Assembly: GCA_013426185.1 (NCBI GenBank)
Contig: CP058602.1
Coordinates: forward strand, 74,231-138,230
DNA from: Candidatus Woesebacteria bacterium
Lineage (GTDB): Bacteria > Patescibacteriota > Microgenomatia > UBA8517
Direction: 5' to 3'
Length of the DNA: 64,000 nt
Both the position numbers and the translations under genes were made by a program. This document shows positions 53,283 through 63,436 of this stretch, in pieces; position 1 is the first letter of the stretch; every line of letters begins with the position of its first letter. The notes under the pieces are model-generated. The model had not been told where the DNA came from, ran no database searches, and saw nothing but the letters and a program-made list of their open reading frames with translations.

Positions 53283-54347
53283 ATGCTTGATGTAATACAA
53301 CTTTTAAATCTAGCGGTTGAGAAGAAAGCTTCTGATTTGCATCTGATTGTAGGTGTTCCTCCTTACTTGCGTATCGATGGCCAGCTTTTGCCTGTGAATG
53401 AAGAACCTGTTGTTACCAGTGAGTTTATTGAAAAAGTAGCTACTACCGTTTTGAAACCTGAGCAATATGAGCGCTTTAAAGTTAATCGTGATCTTGATTT
53501 CTCTTTTTTTCTTTCTGATGTCGCTCGTTTTAGGGTTAATGCCTATTTTCAAAAAGGCAATTATTCTTTTTCTTTTCATGTTATTCCTTCTCAGATTTTG
53601 ACAGTAGAAGAATTAGGATTGCCTGAAGTTCTTCATTCTTTCACTCATCTAAGACAAGGATTTGTTTTGATAACCGGCCCTACTGGCCATGGAAAGTCTA
53701 CAACTTTAGCATCAATGCTCAACGAGATTAATAAAAATAGGAGCGAGCATATAGTGACTATTGAAGATCCAATTGAGTTTGTTATTCCACCAGTCAAATC
53801 TATCATCTCCCAAAGAGAAGTTGGTTTTGATACTCATTCTTGGCAGATAGCTCTTCGCTCTGTTTTAAGGGAAGATCCCGATGTGGTGATGATTGGTGAG
53901 ATGCGCGACTTGGAAACCATTTCTGCTGCTTTGACTGTGGCAGAAACAGGACATTTAGTTTTTGCTACTCTTCATACCAATTCAGCTTCTCAAACTATTG
54001 ATAGAATAGTTGATGTCTTTCCTGAAAATCAGCAAGGGCAAGTTAGGCTTCAACTCTCAAATACTCTAGAAGGAGTTTTCTCCATGCGTTTGGTTCCTGC
54101 TATAGGAGGAGGAAGAGTTGTTGCCTATGAACTTATGCTTGGAACACCAGCGGTTAGATCTGTAGTCCGTGATGGTAAAACTCATCTTCTAGATAATATC
54201 ATCCAAACTTCGCAAGAATTTGGCATGTCAACTTTAGAGATGTCTTTAGCTGAATTGGTAAAAACAGGAAAGATTTCTTTTGAGGTAGCTCAATCTTATT
54301 CCCTTAGAGTTGAAGAATTATCTCGTCTTGTTAAAGGTGAAAGTTAA
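53283..54347 (+). CDS. pilT: Twitching-motility retraction ATPase PilT
   Basis: Walker A GPTGHGKSTT, 354 aa. Confidence 0.85.
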   Translation: MLDVIQLLNLAVEKKASDLHLIVGVPPYLRIDGQLLPVNEEPVVTSEFIEKVATTVLKPEQYERFKVNRDLDFSFFLSDVARFRVNAYFQKGNYSFSFHVIPSQILTVEELGLPEVLHSFTHLRQGFVLITGPTGHGKSTTLASMLNEINKNRSEHIVTIEDPIEFVIPPVKSIISQREVGFDTHSWQIALRSVLREDPDVVMIGEMRDLETISAALTVAETGHLVFATLHTNSASQTIDRIVDVFPENQQGQVRLQLSNTLEGVFSMRLVPAIGGGRVVAYELMLGTPAVRSVVRDGKTHLLDNIIQTSQEFGMSTLEMSLAELVKTGKISFEVAQSYSLRVEELSRLVKGES

Positions 54348-54353
54348 AAAGCA

Positions 54354-55565
54354 ATGATGAGGTTTAACTTCAAAGCTAAGGATAAAAAAGGAAGATTAGT
54401 TGCAGGTTTGGTTGAAGCTAATGATGAAAAACATGCGGCATCTTTGGTTCGGGAAAAGGAATTGATTTTACTTTCTCTATCTCCTCAAAGGAAAGACAAC
54501 CTAAGTGTTATCATCAACAAATTTAAAAACAGGATTAAAGAGGATGATGTTTCTACTTTTACTCGTCAGCTAGCGACGATGGTCAACGCAGGATTGCCAA
54601 TTACTGAATTTTTGTTGATTTTGAAAAATCAGGCGCGAGGGGCAGCGCTTAAGGAGATGCTAAGCCAAATCTTGGCTGATGTCCAAGAGGGTCAATCGCT
54701 TTCTAGCGCAATAGGTAAGTATCCAAATGTCTTTTCCCCGACTTATATTGCCTTGTTGAAAGCGGGTGAAGCGGGAGGGGTTTTGGATAATGTTTTATCC
54801 CGTCTTTCTGATAATATGGAAAAGCAAGTTGAATTTAAAGGCAAGGTGAAAGGTGCGCTTATTTACCCTGTGATAGTTGTTATTGGAATGGTTTTGGTGG
54901 CAGCTATAATGATGATTTTTGTCATTCCCAAAATGCTAAGCCTTTATTCTGAGTTTGGAGCTGAGCTTCCGGGACCAACGAAAATTTTGATGTCTGTTTC
55001 CGGTTTTTTTGCTAAGTTTTGGTGGCTGATGTTAATCATAATTGCTTTTTTGATCAATTTCTTGATCACTTATCGCAAGACGAAAACCGGTAGAAGAAAA
55101 ATTGATGAGCTGATTTTGAAGATTCCGATCTTTGGCGACTTGCAGAGACAGGTGGCATTGACAGAATTAACAAGAACTTTGAGTCTCTTGGTTGGCGCTG
55201 GCGTTTCTATTCTTGAAGCTTTAGGAATTTTGTCGCAAATTTCAGGAAATGCTGTTATTGGTGATGCTCTTGAAGATAGTGCTAAACAGGTTGAAAAAGG
55301 TTTCCCTTTAGCCTACGCTTTTTCAAAACATCCCGAAGCTTTTCCTTATATTCTTTCTCAAATGGTGGCAGTGGGAGAAGAGACTGGGAAAATGAGCGAA
55401 GTTTTGGCTAAGGTTAGTCATGTCTTTGAGGTTGAATCGGATCAGAAAGTCAAGGCTTTGACTTCAGCTATCGAGCCGATTGTAATGGTGGTTTTGGGTG
55501 TTGGTGTTGGTTTCTTGGTCATCGCTGTTATTTTGCCGATTTATAATTTGACTAGCCAATTTTAG
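54354..55565 (+). CDS. pilC: Type IV pilus platform protein PilC/GspF
   Basis: two GspF domains, 3 TM, 403 aa. Confidence 0.85.
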   Translation: MMRFNFKAKDKKGRLVAGLVEANDEKHAASLVREKELILLSLSPQRKDNLSVIINKFKNRIKEDDVSTFTRQLATMVNAGLPITEFLLILKNQARGAALKEMLSQILADVQEGQSLSSAIGKYPNVFSPTYIALLKAGEAGGVLDNVLSRLSDNMEKQVEFKGKVKGALIYPVIVVIGMVLVAAIMMIFVIPKMLSLYSEFGAELPGPTKILMSVSGFFAKFWWLMLIIIAFLINFLITYRKTKTGRRKIDELILKIPIFGDLQRQVALTELTRTLSLLVGAGVSILEALGILSQISGNAVIGDALEDSAKQVEKGFPLAYAFSKHPEAFPYILSQMVAVGEETGKMSEVLAKVSHVFEVESDQKVKALTSAIEPIVMVVLGVGVGFLVIAVILPIYNLTSQF

Positions 55566-55617
55566 TTTAGAATTGGGTCTTGACAAAATTTTTCTAATTG
55601 TTTAAATTGAAACTAGT

Positions 55618-56178
55618 ATGAAATTATCTGCCAAAGGCTTCACCTTAATAGAGCTTCTCATAGTCATCGCGGTTTTGGGCATTCTGGCAGTTACTGTTCT
55701 TGCTGCTATTAATCCAATAGAACAGATTAATAGATTTCGTGATACTGGCTCTAGGTCCGATGCAGAGCAATTGATTGGAGCTATTGATAGGTTTTATGCC
55801 TCAAGAGGTTATTATCCGTGGCAGACGGTTGCTGGTACCGCTGGCGCTGCTGTTGCTTGGACGCAAGTCACTACAGCATGGTCGGGAGCTGCCACCACTT
55901 CCGTTTTGAGCCAATTATCTGCAGCAGGTACGAAGGAAATCAAGCAATCTTTTGTTAGTAGGATTACTGCACCTAACTATAATCCTTTATGGATCTATAA
56001 TAGAGGGCAGGCTGGTGACAGTTATTATATCTGTTTTTCACCTCAGTCTAGTTCCTTTAGAACAGAGGCTAACACAAGGTGTGCTAATACCTCTGGATCT
56101 GGTTTGCCAGTTGATTTGAGACCTATAGCAGGTACTGTATGCGGTAACACAATATCTCCATACTCTTGTCTTCCATAA
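55618..56178 (+). CDS. Type IV pilin (probable major pilin)
   Basis: class III signal KG|FTLIELLIVIAVLGILA, Glu+5. Confidence 0.8.
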   Translation: MKLSAKGFTLIELLIVIAVLGILAVTVLAAINPIEQINRFRDTGSRSDAEQLIGAIDRFYASRGYYPWQTVAGTAGAAVAWTQVTTAWSGAATTSVLSQLSAAGTKEIKQSFVSRITAPNYNPLWIYNRGQAGDSYYICFSPQSSSFRTEANTRCANTSGSGLPVDLRPIAGTVCGNTISPYSCLP

Positions 56179-56191
56179 TCTGTTATTTTCT

Positions 56192-57871
56192 ATGAGCTTG
56201 CTCAAGCAAAAAGCAAGTTTTTTGGTTTCAAAGCTTGGTAGTAGTTTTTTTTTGCTTTCTCTGGTTTTGATCTTGTCCTTTGTTTTTTACAGAATCTCGA
56301 TTAGATTTGAATATGTAAATCTAGATGATACTCTTTTGGTAAAGTATCGCCTTCTTTATATATTTAACCCCGCTAATATAATTAATTCTTTTAAAAGTAA
56401 TGTTATGTATCTTTCTGACAGTACCGCTTTTTATTATCGTCCGGTTCTTACAATATCTTTTATTTTAGATGCTTTAATTTTTAAAGATAATTTTTGGGGT
56501 TACCATCTAACTAACATACTGCTTCATCTTGTCTCTGTTGTTTTGTTCTATAGACTTATGCTTCGTCTTCGATTAGAAAAATATGTTTGTTTTTTTCTCA
56601 CACTAGTTTTTGCTCTTCATCCTGTTTTAATGCAGACTATAGTTTGGGTTCCTGGGAGAAATGACAGTCTTCTTTTTATTTTTTTGATTTCGGCTCTCTT
56701 TTATTTTTTGAATTATCTTGAATCATCTAGTCTGAAGGATTTTATCTTTTTTGTCTTTTTTACCTTTCTTGCGGTCTTTGTGAAAGAAACGGCAATAATG
56801 TTTTTGCCTGTCTTATTTCTTTTTATTTTTTTGGTTAGAAGAGACAAAAAAGCTTTTAAGAGATCTTTACCTCTTTTGGGCGTGTTTTTTTTAATGTTTG
56901 CCTTGTGGTACCTAATGGCTACTTCTTTTAGTGATAAGCAAGGTAGTTACTGGAGTTATCTGACAAGTACTAACTGGTTTGATGCTATACCAAAAACTAT
57001 AATACCGGGTTATCTGATCTATTTAGGCAAGATCTTTTATCCTTTTGCTCTCTCCGTCTTTCCTGTAGTCGATCTTCGAGATGCTAATATCTTTCCTGGT
57101 ATTGTAGCTTTTATCCTTCTTGTTTTTTCATTTTTATTTTTTGTTAAAGAGGGTAGAAAAAAGGTTTTTATTTTTGGTTTATTATGGTTTTTTATACTCC
57201 TTTTTCCAACTTTTATCAATCTTATGCCTGGAGAGCCGAATATAATTTACGAGCACAGACTCTATTTGCCCATTGTGGGTCTTCTAATTTCTTTTTCCCA
57301 GATCGAGTTTGTTAAAAGATCTCTCTCTAATAGTAAGGTGGCGTTTTTTTTATCTTTGATTATTACCCTTGTTTTTTTCTATGGTAATAGAAGGCATATA
57401 TTTAATTTCAAAGATAGCCTTTCTTTTTGGGAAAGTGCTTATTCCACTTCTTCTAAGCATTTTGTAACGGAAGTGGGCCTTTCGGGTGTTTATCTGTCTC
57501 GAGGTGATCTTGATAAGGCAGAGCCGGTCTTTAAGAAATTAGATGAGATAAAGCCAAATACGATAATATCACATTTGGGTTATGCTTCTTTGTTTTATCA
57601 TAAAGGGGAATATGAGAAGTCTTTGCAAGAGTTAGATGAGGTTTTGAAGATTAATCCGAAATTACCAAGAGCAATGCAATATATAGCATCAATCAAAGAA
57701 CATCAGGGTAAATATGATGAGGCTGAGAAATATTATCTTGAGGCTGTTGAGATTGATGACAAAAATGTAGATCTTTTAATGTCTTTGGTTTCCTTTTATG
57801 TTAAAAGGGGTAAAATTGATAAAGCTAAAGAAGTGTATAAAAAAGTTCAGGATATGGGAATTTCCTTTTGA
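56192..57871 (+). CDS. polytopic membrane protein (~12 TM) with C-terminal TPR repeats; GT-C/PMT-like candidate glycosyltransferase
   Basis: TM-rich N-terminal 400 aa + TPR block; located between pilin and pilD. Confidence 0.5.
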   Translation: MSLLKQKASFLVSKLGSSFFLLSLVLILSFVFYRISIRFEYVNLDDTLLVKYRLLYIFNPANIINSFKSNVMYLSDSTAFYYRPVLTISFILDALIFKDNFWGYHLTNILLHLVSVVLFYRLMLRLRLEKYVCFFLTLVFALHPVLMQTIVWVPGRNDSLLFIFLISALFYFLNYLESSSLKDFIFFVFFTFLAVFVKETAIMFLPVLFLFIFLVRRDKKAFKRSLPLLGVFFLMFALWYLMATSFSDKQGSYWSYLTSTNWFDAIPKTIIPGYLIYLGKIFYPFALSVFPVVDLRDANIFPGIVAFILLVFSFLFFVKEGRKKVFIFGLLWFFILLFPTFINLMPGEPNIIYEHRLYLPIVGLLISFSQIEFVKRSLSNSKVAFFLSLIITLVFFYGNRRHIFNFKDSLSFWESAYSTSSKHFVTEVGLSGVYLSRGDLDKAEPVFKKLDEIKPNTIISHLGYASLFYHKGEYEKSLQELDEVLKINPKLPRAMQYIASIKEHQGKYDEAEKYYLEAVEIDDKNVDLLMSLVSFYVKRGKIDKAKEVYKKVQDMGISF

Positions 57872-58677
57872 AAGAAATGATTTTACTTATTATTTTTATT
57901 CTTGGTTTAATTTTTGGTTCTTTTGTTTCGGCTGTTACCTATCGCCTTCCAAAAGGAATTTCTTTTATTTCAGGTCGGTCTTTTTGTCCTAATTGTAAGC
58001 ACAATATTTCTTGGTACGACAATATTCCTCTTTTTTCTTTTTTGCTTCTTCGCGGCCGTTGCCGGTATTGTGGCAAAAAAATTTCTTGGCGCTATCCCCT
58101 ACTTGAGCTAATAACAGGATTGGGGTTTGTTTTGATTTATTTGTCTTATCTCTCCTGTCTTGGACAAGGTCCGACCCTGTCCAGTAATTTTTTTTGCAGT
58201 CAGGCTGGAAGAATGGGATTTTTTACCCTTCCCTATTGGTTCTTCACTTTTATCTTGCTTCTTGTTGTTTTTGTCATAGATTTTGAACATAAAGTTGTCT
58301 TTGACAGCTTGGTCTTTATTCTTTTTATTTTTTTTCTTGCCACTTCCCTTTTCTTTTCGGATAGCACTTTGTATCTCAACTTGTTGGTAGCTTTTTCTAT
58401 TTCATTATTTTTCTTATTTTTGCATCTTTTTACCTCTGGTCGGGGTATGGGGCTTGGGGATGTTAAATTAGCCTTGCCTCTTGGTTTTTATCTTGGATTT
58501 CCTCTTAGTTTGGTTTGGCTTTTTCTTTCTTTCTTGACTGGAGCAGCAGTTGGAATTATATTGATATTATTGGGCAGGGCTAAATTTGGAAAGCCGATTC
58601 CATTTGGTCCTTTTATGATCTTTTCTTTTTGGGTGGTGTTATTTTTAGGCGAAAGAATAATTTTTTTCTTAAGATGA
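57868..58677 (+). CDS. pilD: Prepilin peptidase (A24 family)
   Basis: N-term CxxC...CxxC zinc motif, DiS_P_DiS + peptidase A24 TM core. Confidence 0.85.
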   Translation: MKEMILLIIFILGLIFGSFVSAVTYRLPKGISFISGRSFCPNCKHNISWYDNIPLFSFLLLRGRCRYCGKKISWRYPLLELITGLGFVLIYLSYLSCLGQGPTLSSNFFCSQAGRMGFFTLPYWFFTFILLLVVFVIDFEHKVVFDSLVFILFIFFLATSLFFSDSTLYLNLLVAFSISLFFLFLHLFTSGRGMGLGDVKLALPLGFYLGFPLSLVWLFLSFLTGAAVGIILILLGRAKFGKPIPFGPFMIFSFWVVLFLGERIIFFLR

Positions 58678-59324
58678 AAAGAAAAAGTGCTTTTACTTTA
58701 ATTGAGCTTTTGGTTGTGGTTGCTTTTTTGTCTTTGATGGTTTTGGTGGCTATTTTTGCTTTTAAAGGACCCTTGTTTAAGGGTTATGATGCGAGGAGAA
58801 AGTCAGATCTCAATAGGATTAAAATAGCTCTTGAAGAATATGAGAAAGATCATAATTGTTACCCTCCTTATTTGCCTTCTTGCAAGGGTTCAGATGCTGG
58901 TATTTTAAAATCATATATACCCATTATCCCTTATGATCCTCATACTAAAACTGATTATCTTTATTATCCTGATCCTACATCAACTTGTGCTAAATGGGCT
59001 TGGCTTTTTACCAATCTAGAATATACTGGTGATCCGAAAATTACAGAAATCGGTTGTCAAAACGGCTGTGGACCAAATCAAGCTTATGGTTTTAATTATT
59101 ATGTGACTACTCCTGGTGCTCCTGATCCTTTTAAGTCTGGTAGCGCCAATGTCCCCCCTGATGTCAGTGGTAATTATTATGGTTGTTTTTCTGGGGTTTG
59201 CCAACCAATAGGAGTTAACTCAGATACTCATCTACCAGTCTGTCAACCTAATTTTACTAGTTCTGATTGTCGTAACTTATGTCAAGACGAATCTGGTCCC
59301 ATAAACGAATGCAACTCTTACTAA
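58674..59324 (+). CDS. Type IV pilin-like protein, Cys-rich C-terminus
   Basis: SAFTLIELLVVVAF prepilin motif; listed ORF start 58629 overlaps pilD, ATG 58674 preferred. Confidence 0.75.
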   Translation: MKRKSAFTLIELLVVVAFLSLMVLVAIFAFKGPLFKGYDARRKSDLNRIKIALEEYEKDHNCYPPYLPSCKGSDAGILKSYIPIIPYDPHTKTDYLYYPDPTSTCAKWAWLFTNLEYTGDPKITEIGCQNGCGPNQAYGFNYYVTTPGAPDPFKSGSANVPPDVSGNYYGCFSGVCQPIGVNSDTHLPVCQPNFTSSDCRNLCQDESGPINECNSY

Positions 59325-59881
59325 GCTTAAAAAAAGATTTTTGGAAATTGTTTTTTTTGTTTTTTTTGGTTTCTCTAGCTTCTGCTTTGGGTTTTAATGA
59401 ATCTGACAAAAGAGAAAGAGATGTCAGAAGGAATGAAGATATTAGTAATATTGCCAAGGCAATAGAAGCTTACAGGCAGGCTTTTGGCTATTATCCTGAA
59501 TCAAAAGATGGAAAAATAGTAGCTTGCGCGGGTAATGATACCAAAGTTTTAAGGGATAAAAATGTTCTTGGAATAAGAGAAAAAGGAGCTAGCCGAGATA
59601 AACTGGTTGGTCTTGCTCCTTGTGAGTGGGGTCAAGATCCTCTAAGAGATGTTTCAGATGGTAATTACCCTGCTTTTTTAGACAAACTTCCTCAAGATCC
59701 AGAGTCTAGTCGTGGTTTTAGCTACCGCTACGATTTTGAAAACGGTCGTTACTTTGTTTATGTAGCTTACGAGACAAAAAGAATGCCTGACTATAGCAAG
59801 AATGTATTAAACAAAAAAGTTGCTTGTGGATACAAATTTTGTAATGGAGCTCGTACAAATGGCATTGAAATAGTCAAATAA
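59279..59881 (+). CDS. pilin-paralog-like protein lacking canonical prepilin cleavage motif
   Basis: hydrophobic segment then RDVRRNEDISNIAKAIEAYRQAFGYYP resembling neighbouring pilins. Confidence 0.5.
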   Translation: MSRRIWSHKRMQLLLSLKKDFWKLFFLFFLVSLASALGFNESDKRERDVRRNEDISNIAKAIEAYRQAFGYYPESKDGKIVACAGNDTKVLRDKNVLGIREKGASRDKLVGLAPCEWGQDPLRDVSDGNYPAFLDKLPQDPESSRGFSYRYDFENGRYFVYVAYETKRMPDYSKNVLNKKVACGYKFCNGARTNGIEIVK

Positions 59882-59903
59882 TGATGTTAATATGAATTAG
59901 ATT

Positions 59904-60467
59904 ATGCATAGCCTGCCTTATCAAGAAAGAAAATCTCCAGCTTTTACTTTAATTGAGCTTCTGGTTTCAATAACTATTTTAGGGATATTAGCCGTTGTTG
60001 TTTTGGGTGGTTTTAGATCGTCACAGATGAGATCGCGTGATGCAAAAAGGAAATCTGATTTAAAGCAAATTGCCAATGCTTTGGAGATGTTTTATTCAGA
60101 TAAGGGGTTTTATCCGCCTTCAACAGCTGATGGCAGAATTAGAGCTTGCCCTTACTATGCACCTCCCGATACTCCAATAGTTTGTAATTGGGGATCCATT
60201 GATTACACTAGCGAGTTTAAAGATGCTAGTAGCGGAGTGATCTACTTCAAATCACTTCCCAAAGATCCTTCGGGATTTTCTTATTATTATCGTTTAACCA
60301 ACGATGGCAAGGGATTTCAACTTTATGCACACCTGGAAAATGATCAAGATCAGAATTGCATTGATTCAAATTGCTCTATGGTGTCTGGGCTTCCTAGCGG
60401 TGTTAGTTGTTCTGGGGTTTGCAATTTTGCTATTACCAGTGCAAATGTCACAGCAAAAACTAATTAG
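59904..60467 (+). CDS. Type IV pilin-like protein
   Basis: PAFTLIELLVSITILGILA; RDAKRKSDLKQIANALEMFY. Confidence 0.8.
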   Translation: MHSLPYQERKSPAFTLIELLVSITILGILAVVVLGGFRSSQMRSRDAKRKSDLKQIANALEMFYSDKGFYPPSTADGRIRACPYYAPPDTPIVCNWGSIDYTSEFKDASSGVIYFKSLPKDPSGFSYYYRLTNDGKGFQLYAHLENDQDQNCIDSNCSMVSGLPSGVSCSGVCNFAITSANVTAKTN

Positions 60468-60476
60468 TATAATAAT

Positions 60477-60965
60477 ATGAGAAAAAGAAGCGGTTTAGGT
60501 TTTACCCTGATCGAGCTTTTGGTAGTTATTTCTATTATTGGAATTTTGGCAACATTGCTTTTGGCAAATTACAGCGCGACTCGTGAGAGAGCAAGAGATG
60601 CGCAAAGAAAGTCTGACTTAAGAAACATCCAGACAGCTTTGAGAATGTTTTATAATGATTTTAATAGATATCCTAGTTCCAGCAGTGGGCAGATAGTTGG
60701 TTGCGGGACCAGTGGTAATACTGTCTGCGGTTGGGGTGGAACTTTTTCGGCAGGTTCAACCAATGTTGTCTATATGAATATTCTTCCTAAAGATCCGCAG
60801 AGTAATAGGAGCTACAATTATGTCGCTGCAGGTGGTGAGTATACTCTTTCTGCGTGTTTAGAAAACAAGGGTGATGATAAATGCAAAAAGGATGCTAGTG
60901 GTAATTTGGTTTCTTGCTCTTGGATGTCAGGGGTTGATGGTTGTGTTTATGAGGTCAAGCCGTGA
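60477..60965 (+). CDS. Type IV pilin-like protein
   Basis: LGFTLIELLVVISIIGILA; RDAQRKSDLRNIQTAL. Confidence 0.8.
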   Translation: MRKRSGLGFTLIELLVVISIIGILATLLLANYSATRERARDAQRKSDLRNIQTALRMFYNDFNRYPSSSSGQIVGCGTSGNTVCGWGGTFSAGSTNVVYMNILPKDPQSNRSYNYVAAGGEYTLSACLENKGDDKCKKDASGNLVSCSWMSGVDGCVYEVKP

Positions 60966-61419
60966 TATGCTAGTATCAAGTATCACGAAGCAAGTGTCAG
61001 GAATAGGTAAAAGGCAAGAGGTAAAAGAATTCGGACATCAGACATCGGCCGTTGGCTGTCGGATGTTAGAACTTAGTCGAATCTAGCCGGAAGCTAGTAT
61101 TTAGTATTTGGTATTTTGTATTATGTATTATGGGGATAATGCATTTTCTTGCATAATACATAATTCATAATACTAAGTTCAGTGTTCCTAATCTGTTTGT
61201 AATTTGTTTATTGGTATTTGTATATTGTTTGTATATTGGAATTTGTGATTTGTAATTTTTGTTTAGGATTTAGATATTAGAAATTAGAATTTAGAATTTG
61301 TAGTTTGGTTTGCTGGTTCTTGAATGTAGTAAGTAGAAAAGTATTGTGATTTTTAAAAGTTTTGGCTAGACTTATTTTAGTTGGTTGTTGAGGTTTGGAA
61401 GTTGCTAGTTGTGTTTACA
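60966..61419. repeat. mosaic intergenic repeat copy R15 (plus) inside the pilin array
   Basis: module sharing. Confidence 0.9.
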
Positions 61420-61887
61420 ATGAAAATTAATAACAAAAAAAATTACAAAATGATTGGTTTTACCTTAATTGAACTTTTGGTAGTTATTGCTATTATTGGT
61501 ATTCTTGCTTCCTTAGCCTTGGTTTCCTATACTCGCTCGCAAAAACAGGCAAGAGACACAAGAAGGAAGTCAGATTTGAAACAGTATCAAGTTGCTTTGG
61601 AAAATTATGCTAATCAGAATAATGGTATATATCCTGTTAAAACGACTACTTTTCAAGCTGTTAGTTTTTGCAATTCTGGCCAAGCACTTTATGGGCTTTC
61701 TTGTCCAGACGATCCTGACGCTACAAGACATTATAATTATCTAAGTCTGAGCGACGGTTCTGAATATGCGCTTTGGGCTCAACTTGAGGCTTATCAAACT
61801 GGACAGTATTGGGTTGTTTGCTCAAGTGGTAAAAGCGGAGAAAGTACTACTCAGCCTTCAACTAGTAGTATTTGTCCGGTTCCATAA
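61420..61887 (+). CDS. Type IV pilin-like protein
   Basis: MIGFTLIELLVVIAIIGILA; RDTRRKSDLKQYQVAL. Confidence 0.8.
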   Translation: MKINNKKNYKMIGFTLIELLVVIAIIGILASLALVSYTRSQKQARDTRRKSDLKQYQVALENYANQNNGIYPVKTTTFQAVSFCNSGQALYGLSCPDDPDATRHYNYLSLSDGSEYALWAQLEAYQTGQYWVVCSSGKSGESTTQPSTSSICPVP

Positions 61888-61889
61888 TT

Positions 61890-62339
61890 ATGGTCTTATT
61901 TGATAACAAACATCTTAATGAAAAGTATCTTAAGGGTTTTACTTTAATTGAGCTTTTGGTGGTTATTTCTATTATTGGGATTTTGATTTCCCTTTCCCTT
62001 TTTGGAATTCAAAATTCGCGAAAGAGCGCAAGAGATGCTAAGCGCAAATCAGACCTTGAATCCATACGCTCTGCGCTTGAGATGTATAAAGCGGATAATG
62101 GCAGATATCCGTCTACTAGTTCTGGTATGAATGCTTCATCCCTCGCTATTTCAAGCTACATTTCTTCTGTTCCCACGGATCCTATTAGTGGAAGAATTTA
62201 TGTATATCGTTGCACTAATGTTAGTGGGTCTAATTGTCTTGCTTATGATTTATGTGCAGCTCTTGAGACAGGAAGCGGTTCCATATCGTGCGGCATAAGT
62301 TGTGGGGTAAGTTGTAATTATAAGACAACAAATCCTTGA
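61890..62339 (+). CDS. Type IV pilin-like protein
   Basis: KGFTLIELLVVISIIGIL; RDAKRKSDLESIRSALEMY; ATG 61890 preferred to TTG 61872. Confidence 0.75.
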   Translation: MVLFDNKHLNEKYLKGFTLIELLVVISIIGILISLSLFGIQNSRKSARDAKRKSDLESIRSALEMYKADNGRYPSTSSGMNASSLAISSYISSVPTDPISGRIYVYRCTNVSGSNCLAYDLCAALETGSGSISCGISCGVSCNYKTTNP

Positions 62340-62350
62340 AAAATGTTTTT

Positions 62351-62956
62351 ATGGAATTAAAAACTGCCTTTAAAAATCGAGGTTTTACTTTAATCGAACT
62401 CCTTGTTTTCCTTCTTGTTGTTTTCATCTTAGTTGGTCTTGGTTACGCCAACTTTCGTAAGTACGCTCAAAAACAGGCTTTATGGGCCGTGGCAAGGCAA
62501 ATAGAAGGCGACCTCCACCTTGCTCAAAGTTATGCAATGTCTGGTAAGGATGCATCAAGTTGTATTTCTGGAACCTACCTTTATGGTTATCAACTTTTTA
62601 AGCTTAGCGATCGTTCTTATAGTATTCGCCGTGTTTGCCGTAGCCCACAAGGTACCTTTATTTATAGCGATGTGTCTCCTTATCGTTATATACCAGAAGG
62701 ATTTGAGATAGATAGAAACTTCTCTTTAGTTTCGTTTCGATCAGTTGTTGGTGGAGTTGATAGCCCCGTGTCTATTAATATTAGACGTAATTTAGCACCA
62801 AGTTCTTATATTGTTATAAATGTTTTATCAACAGGGGCGATTTCTTTATCTTATAGTGATGGAGGATCTGCTATATTTCCTACTTCTACACCTACACCAC
62901 CCGGAGATGTGTTACCGCCACCTGGCATACCCATTAGTACGCCCATTTTGTATTAG
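62351..62956 (+). CDS. minor pilin/pseudopilin-like protein with Pro/Thr-rich C-terminus
   Basis: RGFTLIELLVFLLVV; ATG 62351 preferred to TTG 62336. Confidence 0.7.
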   Translation: MELKTAFKNRGFTLIELLVFLLVVFILVGLGYANFRKYAQKQALWAVARQIEGDLHLAQSYAMSGKDASSCISGTYLYGYQLFKLSDRSYSIRRVCRSPQGTFIYSDVSPYRYIPEGFEIDRNFSLVSFRSVVGGVDSPVSINIRRNLAPSSYIVINVLSTGAISLSYSDGGSAIFPTSTPTPPGDVLPPPGIPISTPILY

Positions 62957-62982
62957 TTTGTTCATTTTATAATGAGTGAATT

Positions 62983-63435
62983 ATGAGAAAAAATCTTTTG
63001 AATTCAGGGCAGTCTCTGATCGAGCTTTTGGTGGCTTTGACTTTGATAATGCTTGTAGTTGTGGCGGTTGTCGGTTTAGCGGCCGTTTCTATCAAAACTT
63101 CCTATTTTGCCAAAAGAGAAACAGCTGCCAAAAGATATGTTGAGGAGGCGATGGAATGGTTGAGGGAACAAAAGAAAAGTGATTGGACTGATTTCTTGTT
63201 TACTAAGTCAACTACCACGAGTCAGACGTATTGTTTTAACTTGTCGCCTGTTACTAGCTGGCCAGTGGTTGGTTCTTGTAGCGGCGCGACTTTGGGTGGA
63301 ATTTATAAGCGGGAGGCGACTTTATTAAGGTCGTCTGATAACAAAAATGTAACAGTGACGGTGGTTGTTTCTTGGAGCGATTCATCAGGAACCCATGACA
63401 CAAAATTGGTTTCTGTCTTTACCGCGCCTAATTGA
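62983..63435 (+). CDS. minor pilin/pseudopilin-like protein
   Basis: N-term GQSLIELLVALTLIMLVV. Confidence 0.65.
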   Translation: MRKNLLNSGQSLIELLVALTLIMLVVVAVVGLAAVSIKTSYFAKRETAAKRYVEEAMEWLREQKKSDWTDFLFTKSTTTSQTYCFNLSPVTSWPVVGSCSGATLGGIYKREATLLRSSDNKNVTVTVVVSWSDSSGTHDTKLVSVFTAPN

Positions 63436-63436
63436 T

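Noticed and set aside
58629-58673. Upstream start (58629) for the pilin after pilD
   Set aside because: It would overlap pilD by 49 nt and add 15 residues before the prepilin leader; ATG 58674 gives a normal MKRKSAFTLIEL leader.
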